This document shows positions 47,353 through 57,399 of a stretch of 64,000 nucleotides of DNA, piece after piece. The first letter of the stretch is position 1. Each line of letters opens with the position of its first letter. Origin of the DNA: Clostridia bacterium (lineage in GTDB: Bacteria > Bacillota > Clostridia > Christensenellales > UBA1242); contig JAZODG010000007.1 of the NCBI GenBank assembly GCA_045596905.1, positions 36,829 to 100,828 of the forward strand, read 5' to 3'. The position numbers and the translations under genes were made by a program. A model generated the notes under the pieces. The model saw nothing but the letters and a program-made list of their open reading frames with translations. It did no database searches and was not told the origin of the DNA.

Positions 47353-50300
47353 TCACTTTTTCATATTTTCTTCAAATTTTGCCCTAATTTTCAAGGTAAG
47401 CAATAAAAATTTTTTCATTTGTTCAAAGTTTTCTCTGCAAAGTCTTTCACTTGCAAACGTAATCATTGGTCTTGAAGACATATCTATCTTGCAGTTCATT
47501 CTAAACTTATAAACAGCTTCGCCAATAATCTCACTTTCAGTAATTTTTTCCTTTTCATCAAAAATAATACTAACTTCTGCACCTAGTGATGAGATTTCTA
47601 CTGCTCCAAGCTTTTGTGCCATTTTTCTAACAAGAGCAATTTCAATCAAGCTCAAAACAGCATTTGGAACTTGTCCATAAGCTGAAGCCAACTCAATTTT
47701 GAGTTTTTCACTTTCTTCTAAACTTGAAAGCGCAGAAATTCTCTTATATGCAATCATTCTTTCTTCACTGGTTGCAATATACTCTTCAGGAATATACGCA
47801 TCAATAGCAATTTTAACAAGAACATCATTGAGTTTTTCAACGGTTTCACCACGAAGTTCTTTCACGGCTTCAGATAACAGCTTTGAATACATATCAAAAC
47901 CAACTTTTTGCAAATGTCCACTCTGCTCTGCACCAAGCACGTTGCCACCACCACGAATCTCAAGGTCACGCATAGCAAGTTTAAATCCACTACCAAACTC
48001 ACAAAATTCGCTCATGGCATCAAGCCTTTTATAGGCTTCATCACCCAAAACCTTGCCACCTTCATAAGTGAAATATGCATATGCAAGTCTTGAGCCCCTG
48101 CCAACTCTTCCCCTAATCTGATAAAGCTGCGAAAGTCCAAGTTTGTCTGCGTCATAAACAATCAAGGTGTTGGCGTTTTCAATATCAACACCATTTTCAA
48201 TTATTGTTGTACAAATCAAAATATCGCCCTGTCTATGATAAAAATCATAAATAACCTTCTCCATATCTTTTGCACCCATTTGACCATGAGCAACCAAGAT
48301 TTTTGCGTCAGGAACAAGACGTCTTATCTTTTCAGCATATGTATAGATTTTTTCAACGCTATTATACAAAATAAACACCTGTCCGTCTCTTGCAAGTTCT
48401 CTGTTTATTGCGTCTTTAACCATTGATTCACTATACTCTGCGACATATGTTTGAATCGCAAGTCTTTCGCTTGGTGGAGTTGAGATAATACTAATATCCC
48501 TAATACCCGTAAGCGACATATTAAGAGTTCTAGGAATCGGTGTTGCCGACAATGTCAAAACGTCAGCATTTGGATATTTATGCTTGAGTTTTTCTTTATC
48601 TTCAACACCAAACTTTTGCTCTTCATCAAGCACAATAAGACCAAGATTTTTAAAGATTACATCACTGCTAAGAATCCTGTGGGTTCCACACAAAAGGTCA
48701 ACATCACCCGACAAAACTCCAGCCAAAACTTTTTCAGTTTGAGCCTTGGTTTTAAATCTATTTAGCACTTCAATATTGATTCCAAAATTATACATTCTGG
48801 CTCTTGCAGTGTTGTAGTGTTGTTCTGACAAAATTGTTGTTGGAGCAATAAATGCAACCTGTTTGCCGTCCATAATCGCCTTAAACATTGCACGAAGCGC
48901 AACTTCAGTTTTTCCAAAACCAACATCACCACAAACAAGCCTGTCCATAACCTTTGGTTTTTCCATGTCAGCCTTAATTTCTTCGATAGAAGCCAACTGG
49001 TCTTCGGTTTCTGTGTATGGGAACGAATTTTCAAACTCTCTTTGCAAGTCATTGTCTTCTGAAAATGCAAAGCCAACAATACTCTCTCTTTTTGCATAAA
49101 GTTCAATTAAATTGAATGCCAATTTTTTTACTGATTCCTTAACTTTTGCTTTGACTGAAGCAAAGTCTTGTCCACCAATCTTGCTGAGTTTTTTTGGAGC
49201 ATCAGCACCGGTGAACTTTTCAAGCATATCCATTTGAGTTGTCGGAACATAAAGTTTGTCGTTGTCACGATAACGAATGACAACATAATCTTTCGTTCCA
49301 AGATTGCCTGTTAGCTGTGTCACACCTTCACAAACACCAATACCATGCACTTGGTGAACAACATAGTCCCCCACTTTTGGCACTGAAAACACATGTGACT
49401 TGTTTGCTGCAAGTTTGCCTTCTTGTCTCTTTTTTGCAAACAAATCATATGTTCCAAAAACAACAACTTTTTCTTCAGGCAAAACAAAACCTGAGTGAAG
49501 CCCTTTTTCAAGTATTGCTGACTTGTCACCAGAAATCACAGCACTATTATTTTTCTCAATTTCAATATCGTGACTTGCCAGTAGTCTTGAAATTGAATCT
49601 GCCTGTTCTTGGTTTTCTGCAAACACAAAAACTCTGTTTTTATCAAACAGATAATTTCTTATATCAATAACCAAATCTTTCAAGTTGTGTGTATATCTAT
49701 GCACAGGCTGTGTTTTATAATTAAACACTGCCTTTGACTTAAAGAATCTATTTGAGTTTGTTATCTTTAAAAACGCCAAACAAACATTATTTTCAAAGTT
49801 AGCCAAAACATCTTTGGTTTGAAAATAGCAATCATTGTTTCCAGCGATAAGCGTTCCAGCCATTCTCAAATTTTTGATTCTTTCATTTGTTTCTTTTGAA
49901 AATGATTCCATTGAATCGTAAACATGTTTACACTCATCAATAACAACAAAAAACCTTTCTTTGCTAGCCACCAAATAATCAAAAATTGATGACCTAAAAT
50001 CACTCAAGTATGAAGACAACGCATCAAGCGAATATCCCCTATCCTTAAGTTCAAGCCTTGAAACAATTTCGTCAATGGCATTATTAAAAATTGACTCTTC
50101 ACCAGCATCAGTAATTGCCTGTTTTTTAAGCTTTAAAACATTATGCTTTAAGTGGTCAATTTCATCATCATTTAAAAACAAGTCTGTGAACGGACAAATC
50201 TTTATTGAACTAACAGGTTTTGTTCCTTTTTGAATAGCAACGTCAAACACCTTTATTGTTTCAATGACAGTGTCAAAAAAATCAATCCTGAACGGATTTT

Positions 50301-50850
50301 TTTCACCTAGTGGAAACACATCAACAATTTCGCCACGTTTTGAAAATTGTCCTGGTTCTGACACCATTTCTTCTCTTTTGTAGCCTGCCTGAACAAGCAA
50401 TCTTTCAAGTGTTTCAATAGTAATGTTTTGATTGACTGAAAGCTTTAAGGTGTTTGTTTTAAAATCTTCGACTGATGGCAAAAAAGAATAAAGCGCACTA
50501 ATCGGAGCCACAACCACATCAAAGTTTTTACTTAAAATTTTATGAAGCGCAATGGTTCTTTCAACATAAAGCTCATTTGACTGGGCTCTCTTAAATAAAA
50601 AACTATCCTGAACCATAGGAAACAAAACAGCATTCATTCCCATAAGTTCAAAGTTTGAAACAGCATTGTTTGCAGACAAATTATCAGCAACCAAAAATAA
50701 AAACTTCTGACCAATACTTTTGCAAACAGCAGTTCTCATTGAATTTTGCATACCAAAAATAGAGCAGGAATTTCCAGCTCTAATTTCTTCAATCATTTTC
50801 CTATAGTTTTCACTAAGGTTTTCAAAATCAAAAAATTCATGATTTTTCAT
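47353..50850 (-). CDS. mfd: Transcription-repair coupling factor
   Basis: 1165 aa with a UvrB-homology N-terminus, a CarD/RID region (DYVVHQVHGIG), superfamily 2 helicase motifs (GDVGFGKTEVA, DEEQKFG) and a TRG motif. Confidence 0.95.
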   Translation of the reverse strand: MKNHEFFDFENLSENYRKMIEEIRAGNSCSIFGMQNSMRTAVCKSIGQKFLFLVADNLSANNAVSNFELMGMNAVLFPMVQDSFLFKRAQSNELYVERTIALHKILSKNFDVVVAPISALYSFLPSVEDFKTNTLKLSVNQNITIETLERLLVQAGYKREEMVSEPGQFSKRGEIVDVFPLGEKNPFRIDFFDTVIETIKVFDVAIQKGTKPVSSIKICPFTDLFLNDDEIDHLKHNVLKLKKQAITDAGEESIFNNAIDEIVSRLELKDRGYSLDALSSYLSDFRSSIFDYLVASKERFFVVIDECKHVYDSMESFSKETNERIKNLRMAGTLIAGNNDCYFQTKDVLANFENNVCLAFLKITNSNRFFKSKAVFNYKTQPVHRYTHNLKDLVIDIRNYLFDKNRVFVFAENQEQADSISRLLASHDIEIEKNNSAVISGDKSAILEKGLHSGFVLPEEKVVVFGTYDLFAKKRQEGKLAANKSHVFSVPKVGDYVVHQVHGIGVCEGVTQLTGNLGTKDYVVIRYRDNDKLYVPTTQMDMLEKFTGADAPKKLSKIGGQDFASVKAKVKESVKKLAFNLIELYAKRESIVGFAFSEDNDLQREFENSFPYTETEDQLASIEEIKADMEKPKVMDRLVCGDVGFGKTEVALRAMFKAIMDGKQVAFIAPTTILSEQHYNTARARMYNFGINIEVLNRFKTKAQTEKVLAGVLSGDVDLLCGTHRILSSDVIFKNLGLIVLDEEQKFGVEDKEKLKHKYPNADVLTLSATPIPRTLNMSLTGIRDISIISTPPSERLAIQTYVAEYSESMVKDAINRELARDGQVFILYNSVEKIYTYAEKIRRLVPDAKILVAHGQMGAKDMEKVIYDFYHRQGDILICTTIIENGVDIENANTLIVYDADKLGLSQLYQIRGRVGRGSRLAYAYFTYEGGKVLGDEAYKRLDAMSEFCEFGSGFKLAMRDLEIRGGGNVLGAEQSGHLQKVGFDMYSKLLSEAVKELRGETVEKLNDVLVKIAIDAYIPEEYIATSEERMIAYKRISALSSLEESEKLKIELASAYGQVPNAVLSLIEIALVRKMAQKLGAVEISSLGAEVSIIFDEKEKITESEIIGEAVYKFRMNCKIDMSSRPMITFASERLCRENFEQMKKFLLLTLKIRAKFEENMKK

Positions 50851-50855
50851 AATTA

Positions 50856-51413
50856 TTATCCATTGTATTTGGTCATGATTCTGTCAATATTTTCGCCATT
50901 AACATAATCAATTATTGCATCAAATGCCTTATTTAAACCCTGCATTTGTTCTTCAGTATTTTTCATTCTAGACAAAACAAAATTTGCAAGGTCTTGATGC
51001 TCTGCTTGTTTGCCAATACCAACACGAAGTCTATTAAAATCAGTTGTGCCAGTTTCAGCAATAACACTTTTAAGCCCATTGTGAGTTCCAGCAGAACCAG
51101 ACTTTCTCCACCTAACCTTTCCCGGAGCTTGGTCAATGTCATCACAAATCACAACAACGTCATGAATGTCAATATTAAATTTTTTCATAAGGCTCTTGAC
51201 AGCCTTTCCACTTTCATTCATATAAGTTCTTGGTTTTGCAACAATAAACTTGTCTGTTTGGTTTCTATATTCTGCATAGTCACTTTCACAGCCCCTGTTT
51301 TTGAATGTAAACCCACATTCTTCTGCAAGTCTATCAACAATCATAAAACCGACATTGTGGTTTGTTTTTGCATATTCATTGCCAATATTTCCAAGTCCAA
51401 CAATAAGTTTCAT
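50856..51413 (-). CDS. pth: Peptidyl-tRNA hydrolase
   Basis: MKLIVGLGNIGNEYAKTNHNVGF. The ATG overlaps the stop of the upstream gene (TAATG). Confidence 0.9.
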   Translation of the reverse strand: MKLIVGLGNIGNEYAKTNHNVGFMIVDRLAEECGFTFKNRGCESDYAEYRNQTDKFIVAKPRTYMNESGKAVKSLMKKFNIDIHDVVVICDDIDQAPGKVRWRKSGSAGTHNGLKSVIAETGTTDFNRLRVGIGKQAEHQDLANFVLSRMKNTEEQMQGLNKAFDAIIDYVNGENIDRIMTKYNG

Positions 51414-52498
51414 TATTTTCCCACCTTGCATTTAATTGTAGTGAATGGTGGAACATTGTTATTTGATCCAACAACACTATCAACAACCATGCATTTTGCA
51501 CCAATTTCACAGTGTGAGCCAATAACAACTTTCTCTTTAACACCGATAAGTTCTGTTAATTTTCTAACAGTTGTATTTTCGCCAATTCTTGCATTATCTG
51601 AAAGCACCAATCTCTCAACGCATGAATTGTCTTTAAGACTTGTTTCAACAAGTTTTGCAGACCAACCAACACGACACTTTTCACCAACAACAGAGTTAAT
51701 AACAACTGCCCCGTTTTCAACAAGTGAACCATCTTTGATAATACTATTAATAACAATAGTTTGCACACCAAGTTTAACATTATTGCCAATGCTTGAACCA
51801 TAAATTGTGGCGTTTTTACCAATCATGGTATTGTTTCCAATCTTTGTTCCGTTTCCAATTGTAACACTACTAAAAATTTCACTTTCTGCGCCAATTTCAG
51901 TGTTAGCATCAATTGAAAGACTCTTTTCATTTTCAAAATAAACACCATTTTTTCTGTGATAAGACAAAATCTTTTCACTCAAAATCTCTCTTGCAAATGC
52001 AAGATTTTCATGTGTTTTAATTTCAAAGAAGTCGTTAGAAGAAAAATCATATGTGTCAATTGAATAAATTTCATCATTATCTTTGATATATTCATTTCTA
52101 AACACATAGCCTTTTTTAAGTTTGCAAGCATTCATACCCTTTCTATAAACAAACCCAAGCAAGTCTTTAATATGGGTTCTGTTAAGAAGTGGTGTGTTTG
52201 CATAAAACACAACTGAATAATCAACATCTCTGCTAATGTATGGTCTGATTGCATCAAGGGCATCAGTACCCACTTGCACTCTCAAAACCTTAGGTTGTGT
52301 TAAGCAAGCTCTAACAACCCAGTTCAAAATAGACATACCACAAAGTTTGCAATCAAACACATCTTTGCTAAGGTCTGTCTCTGCGTTTTCTTCGCACAAA
52401 ATAAAAAATTCAGCTGACACTTTTGTATCATCACACACGCTGAATTCTGGCTCATCATTCAAGATGAGCAATTTTTCTAATTGTTCTACCATTTCCAT
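51413..52498 (-). CDS. GlmU-like protein (nucleotidyltransferase-like N-domain plus left-handed beta-helix) lacking GlmU catalytic signatures
   Basis: Collinear with GlmU: ANTPLL matches GDTPLL, and the linker LAFAREILSEKILSYHRKNGVYFENEKSLSIDANTEIG is followed by hexapeptide repeats. However, LAAGxGTRM is replaced by LCEENAETDL, there is no NYDG/HLS region, and the protein is only 361 aa. Confidence 0.55.
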   Translation of the reverse strand: MEMVEQLEKLLILNDEPEFSVCDDTKVSAEFFILCEENAETDLSKDVFDCKLCGMSILNWVVRACLTQPKVLRVQVGTDALDAIRPYISRDVDYSVVFYANTPLLNRTHIKDLLGFVYRKGMNACKLKKGYVFRNEYIKDNDEIYSIDTYDFSSNDFFEIKTHENLAFAREILSEKILSYHRKNGVYFENEKSLSIDANTEIGAESEIFSSVTIGNGTKIGNNTMIGKNATIYGSSIGNNVKLGVQTIVINSIIKDGSLVENGAVVINSVVGEKCRVGWSAKLVETSLKDNSCVERLVLSDNARIGENTTVRKLTELIGVKEKVVIGSHCEIGAKCMVVDSVVGSNNNVPPFTTIKCKVGK

Positions 52499-52506
52499 AC
52501 TAAAAT

Positions 52507-52534
52507 TTTATAATTTTATAAATGGCTTTGTCAA
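52507..52534 (-). promoter_or_regulatory. Putative promoter (TTGACA-16-TATAAA) ending 8 nt upstream of the ATG at 52498
   Basis: Read directly. There is no SD. Confidence 0.45.
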
Positions 52535-52554
52535 GCACAGACGTTTTAAAATCG

Positions 52555-53001
52555 TTATTTTCTTTTATTTTTAAAGTAATTTGAAACAATCACAGAACAT
52601 TCTTCTTGTCTAAACCCACCTTCAAAGTTTGTTTTGTGATTAAGTTCTGCCCTGTTTGATAGTTCTTCAGCAGAAATGGAACCGTTTGAAATATACGCCC
52701 CAAAATAAACATTTTTGATTCTTGCATTCAAAATCGCACCCGTACACATAACACATGGCTCAAGTGTCACATACATGTCACAATCAATGAGTCTGAAATC
52801 TGAAAGCTTTTTGCAAGCCTTTTGAATCGCCATAATCTCTGCATGAGCTGTGGCGTCTTTTTTTGATTCTCTCTTATTAAACGCATATGACAAGACTTCG
52901 CCGTCTTTCACAATAACGGCGCCAACTGGAACTTCATCATTTTCTCCCGCTTTCTTTGCCAAAGCAATAGCTTTTTTCATAAACTTGTCATCGTATGCCA
53001 T
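52555..53001 (-). CDS. tadA: tRNA-specific adenosine deaminase
   Basis: HAEIMAI and PCVMCTGAI (CDA zinc motifs), 148 aa. Confidence 0.9.
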   Translation of the reverse strand: MAYDDKFMKKAIALAKKAGENDEVPVGAVIVKDGEVLSYAFNKRESKKDATAHAEIMAIQKACKKLSDFRLIDCDMYVTLEPCVMCTGAILNARIKNVYFGAYISNGSISAEELSNRAELNHKTNFEGGFRQEECSVIVSNYFKNKRK

Positions 53002-53012
53002 AACCCACCCAG

Positions 53013-53870
53013 TTAAATTTTATATTCATTAAACACATTATAAGCAAATTGAACATCACTTGCAACAAATTTATTCTTTTCAAAAAGTTCATTTAAATGC
53101 TCTTTGCCTATTGGGTGCAATAAATCATCAGAGCCAACTTCAATGGTGAGCGATGGAATATTCAACTTTTCAACGCACCAATCTTTATATCCACCAGAAC
53201 TCACTTCTTCAACATTTTTTATCTGATACCCCGTTGAAAAAGCAAAACTTTCTGCAATCTTCTTATCTCTTTCCAAGCGTTTTCCTGTTTGGAAAAAATT
53301 AAAATAAATTTCTTCACCTTTTGTGTGATAAGAAATGGTAATGAATGGTTTTTTGATTTTTGTATATTTTGTCAAAGCAAATGTTTCTTTTTCACTTTCA
53401 GGATTTCGTCCAACAAACCCGTGACTAGCAGGCACTGATGAATGAACATTCGTTCCAAACCTTGCATCAAAGTTGTTGTTTATATCCACACCCCTGGCAT
53501 TTGCCTTCCACATAGAATAGTCACAACTCCCACCATTCATTTTCAATATCTTTTTTCTAGCAAAGCAAGGAAATGCTTTTTCACCAAACTGCTCAAGGTC
53601 TGCACCATCAGGGTTTGCAAGAAGAACGAAACTTAAATTAAAGTCTTTTATTTCAGCAAATAAATCTTGCCTTATCATTTCATAAATCAGGTCTGATGTT
53701 ATGTTTTCTCTGGCGTGCATGCCACCAACAAAAATTGCAGTAGAAAAAGATTCATTCAAAACTCTTTCCACTGCAATAATTTGTCTTTTGTATTTAGTTT
53801 TTCCGATAACCTTAAAGGTATATCCTTTTGGCAATGAACGCACTGCCAGCAAAAGTTCTTTATAGTTCAT
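53013..53870 (-). CDS. M14-family metallocarboxypeptidase (gamma-D-glutamyl-diamino-acid peptidase-like)
   Basis: GGMHARENIT (HxxE), NPDG, GVDINNNF and SYHTKGE. Confidence 0.7.
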   Translation of the reverse strand: MNYKELLLAVRSLPKGYTFKVIGKTKYKRQIIAVERVLNESFSTAIFVGGMHARENITSDLIYEMIRQDLFAEIKDFNLSFVLLANPDGADLEQFGEKAFPCFARKKILKMNGGSCDYSMWKANARGVDINNNFDARFGTNVHSSVPASHGFVGRNPESEKETFALTKYTKIKKPFITISYHTKGEEIYFNFFQTGKRLERDKKIAESFAFSTGYQIKNVEEVSSGGYKDWCVEKLNIPSLTIEVGSDDLLHPIGKEHLNELFEKNKFVASDVQFAYNVFNEYKI

Positions 53871-54988
53871 TAAATGATAAATCCATAAATTGTGTTAAGA
53901 AGCCAAGTTCCAACCAAATAAACCCCTGCAATAATAAACATAAGTTTAACTGAAGTTGGAATCGGTTCATTCTTCTTGCTGTCGACACCTGAAGAAGATT
54001 CTTCTTGTGTAGGTTGAACTTCAACACCATCAATGGTCATGTCAATAGTTGTTTCTGTTCCATCAATAACAACGGCTGTTTTATTTCCAACTTCTTGATA
54101 TTCGCCATTGAGTTTTTTGTTCTCTTCAAAGATTTTTCCAAATATCCACTTAATGATTGTGTAACCTGCCCAAGCAAACAACACAGCCATAATCAAATCA
54201 ATAATAACTGTTCCAAACCCAATTTGAACTGTCTCTGCGGCAACTGTTTCAGCAGCGCTTTGACTTGTGCTTAAAATAAACACTTGTGTAACAGGAATCA
54301 AATTGTTAAAGAAGTGAATCAAAACGCCAATCCAAAGGTTTCCTGTTTTATAAAAAGCAATACCAACGATCACACCAACAATAAACTGATGAACAGTTTG
54401 TTCTGCATTTCCATGCATAATCATGAATATAAATGCTGAAACAAACACTGCAATCTTGAAACCATATTTTCTAAAACCTGAAAGGATAACGCCCCTAAAC
54501 AATATTTCTTCACAAAAAGCAGCCACAACACAAGACGAAATAACTGTTCCAATATATTGAGCAACATTATTCACTTCCATACTGCCCAAGATTGATTCAT
54601 ATCCAAGCAAACTAATAAACTCAAGGAACACATTTGTCAAATTTCCAAACAAGAAAAGTGACACAAACGAAACTGCAAAACACCAACCCACCATTGGCCA
54701 GCTAACTTTATTTTTTAATCCAGTGTCAGCAACAATATCAAGTTTTTGTGTTTTTGCAACAATATATGCAGCAAGGGCAAACATTGCTTCAATAAAAATA
54801 TGCACAGGATAATACCAAAGAGTTCCAACTATTTTTGACATATCAAAAAATGACAAAACCCATTGAGAAGCAACATTTAGTAGCACAAAAGTGATTGTTG
54901 CCAAAGCTGCTTCATAAAGTCCGAATCTTGATTTTTGCAAGTTATTTTTCAATGGTTCTGCTTTAGGTCCTTCAAAATTAAATTCCAT
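53870..54988 (-). CDS. CPBP-family intramembrane glutamic endopeptidase (CAAX protease-like) with a C-terminal extension
   Basis: EEILFRGVILSGF, HGNAEQTVHQF and HFFNN motifs. An extra polar region and a terminal TM segment follow. Confidence 0.75.
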   Translation of the reverse strand: MEFNFEGPKAEPLKNNLQKSRFGLYEAALATITFVLLNVASQWVLSFFDMSKIVGTLWYYPVHIFIEAMFALAAYIVAKTQKLDIVADTGLKNKVSWPMVGWCFAVSFVSLFLFGNLTNVFLEFISLLGYESILGSMEVNNVAQYIGTVISSCVVAAFCEEILFRGVILSGFRKYGFKIAVFVSAFIFMIMHGNAEQTVHQFIVGVIVGIAFYKTGNLWIGVLIHFFNNLIPVTQVFILSTSQSAAETVAAETVQIGFGTVIIDLIMAVLFAWAGYTIIKWIFGKIFEENKKLNGEYQEVGNKTAVVIDGTETTIDMTIDGVEVQPTQEESSSGVDSKKNEPIPTSVKLMFIIAGVYLVGTWLLNTIYGFII

Positions 54989-55790
54989 TATAATCCTCTT
55001 CTAATTTAAAATTATTTCCACGTTTTTCTTGGAAAGAAACACGCACATAAACGTCCTTGTTCAATTGTATATTATTCTGCTCAAAATAGTCAACATAATT
55101 TGAAAACGCAAGTTCATAAGTGTTGTTATTTTCTGAAATATGAGATAAAACGAAACACTTTGTCCCATTATCATACAAGAACCTAGCAAGGTCCAAAGAC
55201 TGCGCATTTGAAAGATGTCCTTTGTTTCCAGCAATACGCTGTTTGAGTAAATATGGATATTTTCCACTAACCAACATATTTTCATCATAGTTTGATTCAA
55301 TAAAAACAATCTTAACGCCAGTCAAAGCCTTTTTTACCGTTTCACTAACAACCCCAAGGTCAGTAACAAACCCAACCCTTGACTTGCTTCCAAAAACATT
55401 CACAGTATATCCAACAGGAGCCACAGCATCATGCATAACATCAAACGGATTCACCTGCAAATCTCCAACGTTGATGGTGTCATGAATAAATGTGTGAAGT
55501 TTGCCTTCTTTGAAACAAACATCATCAATCGCCCCACACTCTTTCACTTCTTGTCTAACATAAAAATCAATATCATATTTTTTTGCTAGGGTTTTAACAG
55601 CCCTGATATGGTCAACATGCTCATGTGTAATGAACACAGCATTAACATCTTCAAGTTTTTCTCCAATCTCCAGGAGTGAGTTTTTAAGTTTTTTTTCATT
55701 CACGCCTGCGTCAATCAAGATTCTAGTTTCGCCATATCGCACAAATGTTGAATTCGCCTTGCTCCCCGATGATAAATTTACAATGTACAT
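54978..55790 (-). CDS. MBL-fold metallo-hydrolase (YycJ/WalJ-like)
   Basis: ITHEHVDHIRAV (HxHxDH), about 270 aa. An AGGAGTGA SD is present. Confidence 0.7.
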   Translation of the reverse strand: MYIVNLSSGSKANSTFVRYGETRILIDAGVNEKKLKNSLLEIGEKLEDVNAVFITHEHVDHIRAVKTLAKKYDIDFYVRQEVKECGAIDDVCFKEGKLHTFIHDTINVGDLQVNPFDVMHDAVAPVGYTVNVFGSKSRVGFVTDLGVVSETVKKALTGVKIVFIESNYDENMLVSGKYPYLLKQRIAGNKGHLSNAQSLDLARFLYDNGTKCFVLSHISENNNTYELAFSNYVDYFEQNNIQLNKDVYVRVSFQEKRGNNFKLEEDYNGI

Positions 55791-55847
55791 AAGTCACTCC
55801 TAAACAAGCCATATTTTATCACAACAAACAAGAAAAATCAAAAAATA

Positions 55848-57347
55848 TTAATTGATAGATGAAATAATTGTTGAACCGTCCAAAAAACCATTAAAGTACG
55901 TTCTAAGGTCCTGATGACACGCCGTCTCAAATGCCTTAAAGAAATCTTCAGAAGTGGCAATACCAAACTTGTTGTCTTGATAATATTTTTTCAGTCCTGC
56001 AACAAGACTTTTTTCGCCCACCATATTTTTTAGCGAATCAAACATAATGACACCCTTCACATAAACCATATATGAATATTCATAGTCATTTTGGTATTGA
56101 TTAACAGCCAAGTTCATTTGAGTGTTAACTTCCCCACGCAAAGTTTTTATAACATCAACATATAAAACATAACTTGAAAGTGCATCATCTACCATTTCAT
56201 CATATGAAATTTTGTAGTCCTGATATTCCTTAAAAAACAACGCCGTCGAATATTCTGAAAGCGACTCATCAAGCCATGCTTCTTTTATTTCATTATTCCC
56301 AACAATACCATACCACCACTGGTGAGCAATCTCATGCACAATAACCTTCAAGAACTCACTTTCATCATCAATCGAATCTGAAATGAACACCAGGTTTGGA
56401 TATTCCATTCCACCATAAATAAACGGAGTCTTCACAACCGAAACCGACTTGTATGGATACTCACCAAAAGTCCTGCTAAAATACTCAACCGATTCTTTTG
56501 CAATATTTAAGAACTTGTTATACTCAAGCTCACCAATTTGAGCCATATAGTTAACAACAATCCCACCCGAAGTTTTTGTTGAAACCAAATTTGAGTCTGA
56601 TGACAAACATATTGCAAAATCACGAACAGCCTTTGCAGAAATTTCAGACGTGGTCACTCCACCTGAAGAGCTACTCAAAAAATCTCCCGTCGAACACAAA
56701 ACGTAGCTTTGTGGATAAGATATTTTCACATTATAATTTGACACTGCCGAAAAGAACGGATCACCCGTTGCATAATATGGCGACAAGTCACATTCACCAT
56801 TAACCTGCTCTGCAATAATCGGATACCAATTTCCAAGATTAATGTTGCCGTCATAGTAACCAAACCTATGTGTTGAGTTTGGAATAATAAGATTGAAATC
56901 AATAACAATTTCAATTGATTTTTTTGGGGATAATTTAAACCCAAAATTAATCTTTAAAATATCTTCATCTTCACCAATAAGTTCAAAGTCTTTTGTCTCA
57001 GCATTAACTTTCACTTTCACAATCATGATGTCACCATAACTTATTCCGTTTGGAAAACATGTTGCCTGAGTCAAAACCGTATATGGTTTCACCGTCGCGT
57101 TTTCACGAAAAGCTCTTGGATATAAATGCAAACATAAGTGGTCAATTTCGGATTCGGTATTATTATAAAAAACAATAGTTTCAGTTGCTGCAATTTCTTT
57201 TTTCTCATCATCAAGATTTGCAACAATTGAATAACAATTCAAATTTTTTGAAATTTTATCAATTTCATTATTTTTGCAACCAGTGAGTGAAATTGTAGAA
57301 AAACACAAAAAAATAAAAGAAATGCACAAAATAAAAAACTTTTTCAT
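55848..57347 (-). CDS. M1-family (gluzincin) aminopeptidase-like lipoprotein
   Basis: Lipobox ISLTGCK. HEIAHQWWYG...WLDESLSEY is HExxH-x18-E. The start is set at ATG 57347 after GGGG. Confidence 0.7.
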   Translation of the reverse strand: MKKFFILCISFIFLCFSTISLTGCKNNEIDKISKNLNCYSIVANLDDEKKEIAATETIVFYNNTESEIDHLCLHLYPRAFRENATVKPYTVLTQATCFPNGISYGDIMIVKVKVNAETKDFELIGEDEDILKINFGFKLSPKKSIEIVIDFNLIIPNSTHRFGYYDGNINLGNWYPIIAEQVNGECDLSPYYATGDPFFSAVSNYNVKISYPQSYVLCSTGDFLSSSSGGVTTSEISAKAVRDFAICLSSDSNLVSTKTSGGIVVNYMAQIGELEYNKFLNIAKESVEYFSRTFGEYPYKSVSVVKTPFIYGGMEYPNLVFISDSIDDESEFLKVIVHEIAHQWWYGIVGNNEIKEAWLDESLSEYSTALFFKEYQDYKISYDEMVDDALSSYVLYVDVIKTLRGEVNTQMNLAVNQYQNDYEYSYMVYVKGVIMFDSLKNMVGEKSLVAGLKKYYQDNKFGIATSEDFFKAFETACHQDLRTYFNGFLDGSTIISSIN

Positions 57348-57399
57348 AAACAAACCCCATTAAAAAATATGCTATAAAAGGTCCATTTATGAAAAAGTT

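Noticed and set aside
50946-51803. 285-aa plus-strand ORF, unusually long for an AT-rich genome, antisense to pth and the GlmU-like gene
   Set aside because: It lies entirely antisense to two well-supported minus-strand genes. It has no SD or promoter, and its product is low-complexity Ser/Thr/Phe/Ile-rich. This is typical of a shadow ORF generated by the codon bias of the real genes.
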